Below are positions 48,077-55,704 of a stretch of DNA of 64,000 bases, one piece after another (the first letter of the stretch is position 1; each line of letters starts with the position of its first letter). The stretch spans positions 158,428 through 222,427 of the forward strand of contig JBKBPM010000002.1 of assembly GCA_046293175.1 (NCBI GenBank), written 5' to 3'. Origin of the DNA: Minisyncoccia bacterium. Its GTDB lineage: Bacteria > Patescibacteriota > Minisyncoccia > Phycocordibacterales > UBA918. Below the pieces are notes generated by a model. It was not told the DNA's origin, did no database searches, and saw only the letters and a program-made list of their open reading frames with translations. Made by a program: the position numbers and the translations under genes.

Positions 48077-48622
48077 ATGGCCAAACAACATTCAACCGGT
48101 GAACGTCGTTGGTATGCTATCCATACCTATTCTGGTTACGAAAATGCGGTAGCCCGTAACCTTCGCCAGCGTATTGATTCACTCAACATGCAGGAGAAGA
48201 TTTTTGATGTGGTTGTCCCGTCAGAGAAGAAGATTCGGGTCAAAGGAGGTAAGCGTGTCACTGAAGAAGAGAATCTTTTCCCCGGGTATGTCTTGGTGGA
48301 AATGATTGTAGACGACGAATCATGGTACGTCGTGCGTAATACGCCTCGGGTTACCGGCTTTGTTGGTTCAGGCACCCAACCGGTACCACTCTCAGAGGCT
48401 GAATATCGCGCGCTCGTGCGTCAAATGTCTGATGACACGCCAACCCACAAGGTTGATCTCTCAGTTGGTGACATGGTTATTATTGCCGATGGTCCATTTA
48501 AGGATCTTGAAGGTAAGGTAGGGGAGGTAGATGAGAAGTCAGGTAAGGTGAAGGTACTTGTGGCGATGTTTGGGCGGGAGACTCCCGTGGAACTCGACTT
48601 CCTCCAGATTAAAAAAGTATAA
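48077..48622 (+). CDS. nusG: Transcription termination/antitermination factor NusG
   Basis: 181 aa; NGN domain (WYAIHTYSGYENAV) and KOW (GDMVIIADGPFKDLEGKV). Confidence 0.9.
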   Translation: MAKQHSTGERRWYAIHTYSGYENAVARNLRQRIDSLNMQEKIFDVVVPSEKKIRVKGGKRVTEEENLFPGYVLVEMIVDDESWYVVRNTPRVTGFVGSGTQPVPLSEAEYRALVRQMSDDTPTHKVDLSVGDMVIIADGPFKDLEGKVGEVDEKSGKVKVLVAMFGRETPVELDFLQIKKV

Positions 48623-48755
48623 ACGGGCAAATAGCTTTGTCGGTACGAAGTTTTTCTCAGTCATCGTACAAGAAGTACGCCTTCTTCCAAAAATTTCTAG
48701 CCTCCTCGCTCTTTATCCCGTTTCTACATTTTTAGAAGTCTAAGCAAGACAATAA

Positions 48756-48786
48756 AGACGCCGGCCTATAGGCCGGCGTCTTTAGA
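48756..48786 (+). terminator. Intrinsic terminator AAAGACGCCGGCCTATAGGCCGGCGTCTTT after nusG
   Basis: Perfect 11-bp stem. Confidence 0.6.
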
Positions 48787-48900
48787 TGGTTGCAAAATAG
48801 CCGTTTTCTTGTATACTGCGTGAGCTTCTAAAAGCTAGACGCTCGTGGCTATGGAAAACACGGCGGGTAGCGCACACGTTAATTATTTCAATCACACACC

Positions 48901-49329
48901 ATGGCAAAGAAACTTGTAAAGAAAATCAAGGTTCAGGCAGTGGGCGGTAAGGCAACTCCCGCTCCACCACTTGGACCAGTACTCGGTCAGGCCGGTATCA
49001 ATATCGGTGAATTCGTTAACCAGTTCAACGAACAAACTCGTGCCGAACGCATGGGCGAAGTGGTCCCGGTAGAACTCTCAGTCTTTGATGACCGTTCGTT
49101 CACGTTCATCCTCAAGACCTCACCGGCTTCACGTCTTATCCTCAAGAAGATGGGCAAGGAGAAGGGTTCACAGAAGCCAGGTACCCAGAGTGGTGGTACT
49201 ATCACCAAGGCGCAGATTCGCGAGATCGCCGAAATCAAGGCTGTTGACCTCACTGCCGCTTCAGTTGAAGCAGCGATGCGCAGTATCGAAGGTACTGCAC
49301 GATCAATGGGTGTAAAGGTCGTAGATTAA
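48901..49329 (+). CDS. rplK: 50S ribosomal protein L11
   Basis: 142 aa; canonical L11 sequence (VGGKATPAPPLGPVLGQAGINI...). Confidence 0.95.
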   Translation: MAKKLVKKIKVQAVGGKATPAPPLGPVLGQAGINIGEFVNQFNEQTRAERMGEVVPVELSVFDDRSFTFILKTSPASRLILKKMGKEKGSQKPGTQSGGTITKAQIREIAEIKAVDLTAASVEAAMRSIEGTARSMGVKVVD

Positions 49330-49355
49330 TCCACATCTTATACTCTAAACAAAAT

Positions 49356-49380
49356 GCACCCACCAGGGTGCTTTTTGTTT
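49356..49380 (+). terminator. Intrinsic terminator GCACCCACCAGGGTGCTTTTTGTTT after rplK (no rplA follows)
   Basis: GC hairpin and T-run. Confidence 0.55.
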
Positions 49381-49527
49381 ACGGGTCTGAGATTACGGTT
49401 GACGCACTCATGCTGTTGTCCTCTTATGTACCCATTATCTTGGTCTCTGTAAGAAATAGGGAAGTGAGGCGTCAAAGGGTTTGGAGCCCCAATAATGGGG
49501 TGAGTTCAATAATACAATGGGGCAGAG

Positions 49528-49932
49528 ATGCTTGACCAACTATTAACTATCAAGAGGCCCGAACTTGTTATCGTGGTCCACGATCCAGTCCCAGGCGAGT
49601 CACCCTTTTCTAGACCTTCGCCGCGGATTGTCTCGACTATGGTTGCAAAGCAACCTTCAATCTGGGGTGTTGCCAAACGTGTGCAGATGTTACTTGTCCC
49701 ACCGAATGACCGTGTAACCAATTCGTTCACTGTCCACGAGTCTCGGCGCGTTGAAGTGAATGGTGTCGACCGATTCTACTTCATGGTTAGCGGTCATAAC
49801 TTTAGCTTTGGCAAACGACTTCGGAGGCAGTTCTTCCAACCAGGTTCAGCGGCCGCTATGTTTGGTCCGGTTGATGGTCCGGTCGTCGAAGAGATGATTC
49901 AAAAGTTCCTCGACGAACTAAAGCGGAAGTAA
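49528..49932 (+). CDS. Hypothetical protein (first gene of the deoxynucleotide island)
   Basis: 134 aa; no recognisable motif. Confidence 0.4.
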   Translation: MLDQLLTIKRPELVIVVHDPVPGESPFSRPSPRIVSTMVAKQPSIWGVAKRVQMLLVPPNDRVTNSFTVHESRRVEVNGVDRFYFMVSGHNFSFGKRLRRQFFQPGSAAAMFGPVDGPVVEEMIQKFLDELKRK

Positions 49933-50061
49933 GTCGCTAATACATCAGCCATGCTGACAATCCACCCGTCCAGTTCGTGTAACTGGGCGGTTTTTGCATG
50001 TGATTGCGTTTGGGTTCATAGTTTGTTACCTTTGTCCCAGTTGTTGGACAAGGAGATCCAC

Positions 50062-50490
50062 ATGTTAGAAGTGTACGTTGGTGCTGCTCTTACCGGAGCT
50101 CCGCCTGAATTCGTCAATAACTTCCTGCCGGCACTTAAGGCAGGAATTCGCCAGATGGATATCCATGTGTTCGACTTCATCGGTCTGGAGGGAGAAACGG
50201 CACTCAAGGTCTATATTCATGACCGGAACTGCACCGAGCTGGCCGATGTCTGTGTTTTTTTGGTTGGTGAACCATCGACTGGCCTCGGCATGGAAATCAT
50301 GCTGCGGGAGGGGACAGGGAAACCTGCTCTGTTCTTTGCACAGGAGAACGCTCGTGTGACCCGCATGCTTCTCGGTTTTCTCGAGGTGCGCGGGCAGAAA
50401 CTCCACCGCTACAACACTGCCGAAGACATTTGTCATGTGCTGCGGGAGCATGTCCTCGCTCGGGATCCGAACTACTGGTCGCGCGGCTAG
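50062..50490 (+). CDS. Nucleoside 2-deoxyribosyltransferase-like / Rcl(DNPH1)-like protein
   Basis: Start at ATG preceded by AGGAGA SD (inside ORF 49951..50490); N-terminal VYVGAALTG..F and C-terminal ADVCVFLVGEPSTGLGMEIMLREGTGKPAL match the NDT-family A-D/G/E-x-GT-x-E-x-G-x-A-x-GKP signature. Confidence 0.6.
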   Translation: MLEVYVGAALTGAPPEFVNNFLPALKAGIRQMDIHVFDFIGLEGETALKVYIHDRNCTELADVCVFLVGEPSTGLGMEIMLREGTGKPALFFAQENARVTRMLLGFLEVRGQKLHRYNTAEDICHVLREHVLARDPNYWSRG

Positions 50491-50507
50491 GGGCAGAGCT
50501 GAATCAA

Positions 50508-50540
50508 AGAAAGGGCGCGGGAGACTGCGCCTTTTTCTTA
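50508..50540 (+). terminator. Intrinsic terminator GGCGCGGGAGACTGCGCCTTTTTCTT
   Basis: GC hairpin plus T-run after NDT-like gene. Confidence 0.5.
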
Positions 50541-50570
50541 TCTCATATCACTGCTATACTACTAACCAAT

Positions 50571-51674
50571 ATGGAATTGTCGCGACAGGGAGCCTTGCCC
50601 GCCCAACAGCTACAACAGCTTATGGACAGTGGTTTTATAAAAGGAGCAGACACCACTCATGTGTCACCAGCTTCACTTGATCTCACCGTCAGTGATGAGG
50701 TGTATGAAATTGAAGGGCTCCTCTTACCAAAAAGTGGGGAGACCATTAAGAGTCTCTTGCCACTTATGGATGCAAGGCGTATTGATTATAGTAATCCCTG
50801 TCGAGCGAAGAAACTTTACCTCGCTCGCCTCAATGAATCCCTCGAGCTTCCATCTGCTATCTATGGGTACTGCAATCCGAAATCATCAACCGGAAGACTT
50901 GATGTCCATGTACGGGTGCTCGCTGATGGGGTACCACGCTTTGATTCAGTGACTCCAAAGGGTTTTGTAGGTGAGTTATGGGTGGCGATTATCCCGCAGT
51001 CTTTTTCTGTCCAACTTCATGTGGGAACGCCGCTGACCCAGCTCCGCCTTTTTACCGCTGATACCCGCTTTTCAGAACTTGATTTAGAAATTGCCATGAA
51101 AGAAGGTTTGGTCTATAGTCGTGAATCTGGTGAAAAACTTTCGTATAGTGAATTGGTAACTAACGATCAAGATGGGGCAGTGGTACTCACCGCTTTAGTC
51201 GAAGAAGGGCTTTGTGGCTATGAGTGTATAGCGATCCCTGACCAAATTATTGACGTGGCACAAGTGGGTGGCTATGAAGCAGCCGAGTTTTTTAAACCGC
51301 TAACCATTGACCGCGGGGCACTGCGTCTTAAGCGCGACCGCTTTTACATACTCTCGGGTGCTGAAGCCGTACGGATTCCACCAGGATTAGCCTCTGAGAT
51401 GGTGCCAATGGATGAACGCAGTGGTGATTTTCGCTCCCACTATGCCGGTTTCCTTGACCCTGGATGGGGCTACGGACAGGACGGTGCTGGGAAGGGGCGC
51501 CCGTTTACGCTTGAGGTCCGACCGTTTGAGGATTTAGTAGTGAGACCAGGTCAACCAATCGCGAAGATTCGTTTTGAGCGAATGGCTGAGGTGCCCACCT
51601 TTCATTACGACACAAAACAATCAAACTACCTCATCCAGTTTGGTCCAAAACTTGGAAAGCAATTTAAGAGCTAA
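50571..51674 (+). CDS. Tandem dUTPase-fold dCTP deaminase-like protein (PF06559 'DCD'-like)
   Basis: Start at MELSRQG.. (upstream 47 codons overlap previous gene and terminator); both halves resemble Dcd (KSSTGRLDVHVRV ~ GRSSLARLGLMVHV; FLDPGWGYG...FTLEVRPFEDLVVRPGQPIAKIRFERM ~ IDPGWSG..IVLEFYN...LRPGMLIGALSFE). Confidence 0.65.
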   Translation: MELSRQGALPAQQLQQLMDSGFIKGADTTHVSPASLDLTVSDEVYEIEGLLLPKSGETIKSLLPLMDARRIDYSNPCRAKKLYLARLNESLELPSAIYGYCNPKSSTGRLDVHVRVLADGVPRFDSVTPKGFVGELWVAIIPQSFSVQLHVGTPLTQLRLFTADTRFSELDLEIAMKEGLVYSRESGEKLSYSELVTNDQDGAVVLTALVEEGLCGYECIAIPDQIIDVAQVGGYEAAEFFKPLTIDRGALRLKRDRFYILSGAEAVRIPPGLASEMVPMDERSGDFRSHYAGFLDPGWGYGQDGAGKGRPFTLEVRPFEDLVVRPGQPIAKIRFERMAEVPTFHYDTKQSNYLIQFGPKLGKQFKS

Positions 51675-51678
51675 ACAA

Positions 51679-51708
51679 AAACCCCGCGACAATGTCGCGG
51701 GTTTTTTT
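51679..51708. terminator. Bidirectional terminator AAAAACCCCGCGACAATGTCGCGGGTTTTTTTG between convergent DCD-like and thyX-like genes
   Basis: Perfect GC hairpin with A5/T7 flanks. Confidence 0.6.
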
Positions 51709-51714
51709 GTTTAG

Positions 51715-53076
51715 CTAGTCCTTTTTTACGATATCGTGCTCACCACGTTTGATATTGAAGCGCCCTGGTTCAGGGTCAAGATGGAGTATAAGGCCACTGT
51801 CACCATAAGCATCTTCAAGCATGTGGGCCATCTCAGCCGCTCTTGCGGCGAGGGTGGGGTGGACGACACTCGTAGCCCGGAGTTCAACGAGATACACCAG
51901 AGCCGGTAGGTCACCGGTGAGGTAATTACTGATGTTGTTGCCCATGGCGTGGTAGTACTGAGCGATATACGCATCATTGGTCAAGGCTTCAATAGCAGCT
52001 TTTTGATTAGCAATAAGCGCTTCTGCTTCGCTGCGCAGGGTTGGGGTGAGTTCATCAAGATACCACTCATGGAAACCGATTTCAGTGGTGAGGAGTGGCA
52101 TGCGCTGTGTCACTGCGCGGTGGCGCTGGATGTCACGGAAGGAACCAAAGTCGAGCGTAAAAGCAAAAGCTACTTCACCAGTTGTACCGAGCCACTTTGG
52201 CAACTCAGTTTTGGCCGGGCGGTTTTTAAGCAGAGACTCGTACGGAATCAGTTCAGTGCGATCAATGCCATCACGCACCAGAGCGAGAGATGGAGTTTCT
52301 GGATCGTGATAGTAATAGTGTGCCATGGTCTCGGCCACATATGCCTCCGTTGCTTCATAGCGCTTCTTTTCGCGACTAAATGAGTTGGGATAGGCAGCAA
52401 TCATGCCGTCTTCGAGCTTCTGCGCAATATCACGTACTTCTGGCAGTGGATGGTGGCGGAGAATAACAATCCGATCTGCAAATTGACGAAGGGTACCACT
52501 CCACGCGAGGTTCGTTGAAGCACCAGCCGGGAGGAAGCCACGACAGATATCAAAAGCTCTAGCGGCAATAGCCTTATCGTATACGGCTTCCTTCTCACCG
52601 TCGCCAAGTGGGTACCGCTCTTTGAGAGCGTCTTTCATCTCGGCGACAGCTTTGAGATAAAAGGCCCGCCAGTTTTCGAGAATGCTTGTACCGGCGTCTG
52701 AAGCAATTGGGTTAATAAACGGTTGATGAGCAAAATCTATATAACGAGTTGATGCCTCCTGGCCGTTGTAGAGCTTGTAGTCCTGAATCGCTTTAGCGGC
52801 GAGCATTGATACTCCTTCAATAAAAACGACCGCAAAACCGCAGTCACCAATTGATTTATGGCCGTAGCCGACATAGTACGTCGACATGAATTTGTCTGCG
52901 CCTTTTTCGGCAAGTACAGTGAGGTGTTCAGCGACACCACCAACCGAGCGAGAGTGGAGCGCTTGGAGCATTGCGAGCGCTTCAGCGGTGAGAGTGGCGC
53001 CTGGATCAATAATAACAATATGACCACCGTCTTTAAGTAATTCTTTTTGATGATTAAGGGATTCAATTGATTGCAT
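51715..53076 (-). CDS. thyX: Flavin-dependent thymidylate synthase ThyX-like, tandem-fused (two ThyX folds in one 453-aa chain)
   Basis: First half aligns to ThyX core but has QDYK in place of RHR while keeping Q.S.RY-like QEASTRY; second half has RHR (DIQRHRAVTQRMP) but lacks the S..S.RY segment; both halves retain the C-terminal R..LP / R.L..F pattern. Confidence 0.7.
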   Translation of the reverse strand: MQSIESLNHQKELLKDGGHIVIIDPGATLTAEALAMLQALHSRSVGGVAEHLTVLAEKGADKFMSTYYVGYGHKSIGDCGFAVVFIEGVSMLAAKAIQDYKLYNGQEASTRYIDFAHQPFINPIASDAGTSILENWRAFYLKAVAEMKDALKERYPLGDGEKEAVYDKAIAARAFDICRGFLPAGASTNLAWSGTLRQFADRIVILRHHPLPEVRDIAQKLEDGMIAAYPNSFSREKKRYEATEAYVAETMAHYYYHDPETPSLALVRDGIDRTELIPYESLLKNRPAKTELPKWLGTTGEVAFAFTLDFGSFRDIQRHRAVTQRMPLLTTEIGFHEWYLDELTPTLRSEAEALIANQKAAIEALTNDAYIAQYYHAMGNNISNYLTGDLPALVYLVELRATSVVHPTLAARAAEMAHMLEDAYGDSGLILHLDPEPGRFNIKRGEHDIVKKD

Positions 53077-53230
53077 ATATCTCTATTGTACGCTTTTTCT
53101 AGGGCAACAATTAAACGATTCTCGGTTTTGACAGGGGACAGTCACTTTGACTAGATTGACCGTTGAGCAAAGCTGTTTTTGAGTGCCTCGAATATTTGGC
53201 TTGAAACCGTGGTATTAGGTAAAATAGCGT

Positions 53231-53926
53231 ATGCCTGGAACTTTAATTGTCCTTGATGGTGCTGATGGCGCTGGCAAGGCTACTCAAACTCGTTTACTCG
53301 TTGATCGCTTAAATGCTGAAGGGTATGTCGTTCATACTCTCGATTTCCCGCAATACACCCAGAATCATTTTGGTCGTCTCCTCCGTGAATGTCTCGATGG
53401 TAAGCGCGGTGATTTTATTGGCCTTGATGCCCGGTTGGCCTCAACGATTTTTGCTGCCGACCGTTTTGAATCAGCGCCGATTATTCGAGAATGGCTTGAA
53501 AGTGGGGCAGTGGTAATTCTCGACCGGTATGTGAGCTCAAATATGCTGCATCAAGGTGCCAAGATTTATGATGCCGAAGAACTATCAAACTTTTTAACCT
53601 GGCTTGATCATATGGAACATGGTGTCTTTGGCATTCCTCGTCCCGACACTATCGTGTATCTTGATGTGCCATTTGATGTTCGAAAAAAGCTCAAAGCTGA
53701 AGCGGTGGCAGCTGGAAAACATGGGGTAGAAGTAAAACTCGATCAAGCCGAAGCTAACGACCAGCATCAGCAAGATGCTGAGGAGAATGCTAAACGTTTA
53801 GTGGCGCTTCATAATGAATGGCGGACGGTAGTTTGTGTAGATGGTGATACACTTTTATCTCGTGAAGCTATCCATGAGCAAGTCTACGAAACCGTAAAGC
53901 CAATCTTGCCGCCACGTTACGAGTAG
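53231..53926 (+). CDS. tmk: Thymidylate kinase-like P-loop kinase (paralog 1)
   Basis: 231 aa; P-loop IVLDGADGAGKATQ, DRY motif (LDRYVSSNMLHQG), Tmk length. Confidence 0.7.
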   Translation: MPGTLIVLDGADGAGKATQTRLLVDRLNAEGYVVHTLDFPQYTQNHFGRLLRECLDGKRGDFIGLDARLASTIFAADRFESAPIIREWLESGAVVILDRYVSSNMLHQGAKIYDAEELSNFLTWLDHMEHGVFGIPRPDTIVYLDVPFDVRKKLKAEAVAAGKHGVEVKLDQAEANDQHQQDAEENAKRLVALHNEWRTVVCVDGDTLLSREAIHEQVYETVKPILPPRYE

Positions 53927-53929
53927 GGT

Positions 53930-54352
53930 ATGGAACTCAAAGTCAAAAAGCTACACCCCGATGCCAAGCTACCGAGCTATGCGCACGCGAGTGATGCGGG
54001 GATGGATTTGTATACGGTTGAGTATTTTGTTATCGAACCAGGAGCGCATGTGATTGCAAAGACCGGTATCGCCCTTGTTATACCAGATGGGTATGCCGCC
54101 CTTGTATGGGACAAAGGTGGTATTGCGAACAAACGTCACCTCAAAACCGTGGGCGGCGTGTTTGATACTGATTATCGGGGGGAGTATCTCATCGGCCTCT
54201 ACAATTTTGGGACGGAAGCACAGGCTTTTAAGGCAGGTGATAAGATTGCGCAGCTCATTATACAACGAGTTGAACACCCGACTCTCATTGAGGTGACTGA
54301 ACTCGATGCAACACCCCGTGGGGAAGGCCGATTTGGTAGTACTGGAGAGTAG
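53930..54352 (+). CDS. dut: dUTP diphosphatase (dUTPase)
   Basis: 140 aa; all five dUTPase motifs (ASDAGMDLY, KTGIAL, GVFDTDYRGE, RGEGRFGSTG). Confidence 0.9.
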   Translation: MELKVKKLHPDAKLPSYAHASDAGMDLYTVEYFVIEPGAHVIAKTGIALVIPDGYAALVWDKGGIANKRHLKTVGGVFDTDYRGEYLIGLYNFGTEAQAFKAGDKIAQLIIQRVEHPTLIEVTELDATPRGEGRFGSTGE

Positions 54353-54361
54353 CGTACAATA

Positions 54362-55051
54362 ATGAAAACATTTATGGAAAAAGCAAAATTGATTGTCGTA
54401 GACGGTGGGGCAAATATTGGTAAGGCGACACAAGCCGACATGCTCATGAACCGGCTCATGAATGAAGGGTATACGGTTGGGAAGATGGATTTCCCGCGCT
54501 ACAACCAAAACACTATTGGCCACTTCATCAATGAGTTTATTGATAGTGATAGTCCATCTTTGGCGACCTTGCCACCCAAGTGTTTTGCGATTCTCTTTGC
54601 GGCTGACCGTTTTGAATCAAAAAAGCAGATTGAAGAATGGATAGCCGAAGGACGGGTGATTATCTTTGACCGGTACGTCAGCGCCTCGATGCTGCACCAG
54701 GGGAGTAAGATTACCGATATCGATGCGCGGGAGGAGTTCCTTCGTTGGGTAGAGCACGTGGAGTATGAAATATTTGGTATGCCGCGCCCCGACCTCACGG
54801 TCTATCTTGATGTACCACCAAATGAGAGTGATAAGCTTCTCGGTTATGTAGAAGAGCTTGGGGTGAAAGTCATAAACGATGAAAGTAAGGCAAAGATCGA
54901 CCAAGCCAAAGTTTCTGATTGCGCAAAGTACCTTGCTGCTATTAATCACAACTGGGTGACGGTACCGTGTATGGCTGATGGTAACCTCCGCAACCGTGAT
55001 GATATTCACGAAGAAGTGTATCAGGCGGTCAAAAGTAAGGTGTTGATTTAA
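54362..55051 (+). CDS. Thymidylate kinase-like P-loop kinase (paralog 2, divergent P-loop)
   Basis: 229 aa; IVVDGGANIGKATQ, FDRYVSASMLHQG; clear paralog of 53231..53926. Confidence 0.6.
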   Translation: MKTFMEKAKLIVVDGGANIGKATQADMLMNRLMNEGYTVGKMDFPRYNQNTIGHFINEFIDSDSPSLATLPPKCFAILFAADRFESKKQIEEWIAEGRVIIFDRYVSASMLHQGSKITDIDAREEFLRWVEHVEYEIFGMPRPDLTVYLDVPPNESDKLLGYVEELGVKVINDESKAKIDQAKVSDCAKYLAAINHNWVTVPCMADGNLRNRDDIHEEVYQAVKSKVLI

Positions 55052-55172
55052 GAGTCTAGTCAAAAAAGCCTGCAGACAAGGAACGAGAGCGAGTAAATGT
55101 GAAGCGTATTAGATATACGATGAACTTTTACGAGCGAGCAGTGACGTCGTATCCAGGTTTTTTGGACGGACT

Positions 55173-55544
55173 CTAGTACATGGCGGTGCGAGCCCGGTTT
55201 ACTATCTCCTTTACATCATGACTTGCTTTTACGATGTAGTCTTCTGGCTTGAGTGATACCGCCTCATAGACATTTTCTGGAGCGCTGTAGTTTGTAAGGT
55301 AGATGACCTTGGCGGTTCGTCCCCAAGCATCTTCACGGATTTTTTTCATCGCTTCATATCCATCCATATTTGGCATATCAATATCCATGAGAATGAGTGA
55401 CGGGTGATATTCAAGCGCAAGAGCAATCGCCTCAGTATTGTCTTTGGCGATTAACACATTGATACCGGCCTCACTAAACGCAAAGCGGTACATTTCGCTC
55501 AGTACCATATCATCATCAACGAGTAAAATAGTTTTTTGGTCCAT
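55173..55544 (-). CDS. Stand-alone response-regulator receiver domain (CheY-like)
   Basis: 123 aa; LLVDDD...LILMDIDMPNMDG...K motif set of receiver domains; no output domain. Confidence 0.8.
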   Translation of the reverse strand: MDQKTILLVDDDMVLSEMYRFAFSEAGINVLIAKDNTEAIALALEYHPSLILMDIDMPNMDGYEAMKKIREDAWGRTAKVIYLTNYSAPENVYEAVSLKPEDYIVKASHDVKEIVNRARTAMY

Positions 55545-55704
55545 ATTGACAGTATATCACCTGCGTAGGCTAGTGGGTAGCAAATCGTTTTCTTTAGCTT
55601 CACTGCCAAAAATCTTGTATACTACAGCTACTAAATATCCGCCCTATGATCTAAGTACCTGCGACATTGATGAGAGGAATTATCTAAAGCTAATTTACTA
55701 TCGT

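Noticed and set aside
50430-50570. Long N-terminal extension of the DCD-like ORF (start at 50430)
   Set aside because: The first 47 codons overlap the preceding NDT-like gene and run through its intrinsic terminator. Conserved Dcd-like sequence starts at MELSRQG (50571).
55438-55704. N-terminal 89 codons of ORF 55438..56973
   Set aside because: They overlap the receiver gene on the opposite strand and have Ser/Leu-rich junk composition. SHMT homology begins at MEHYSFIK (55705).
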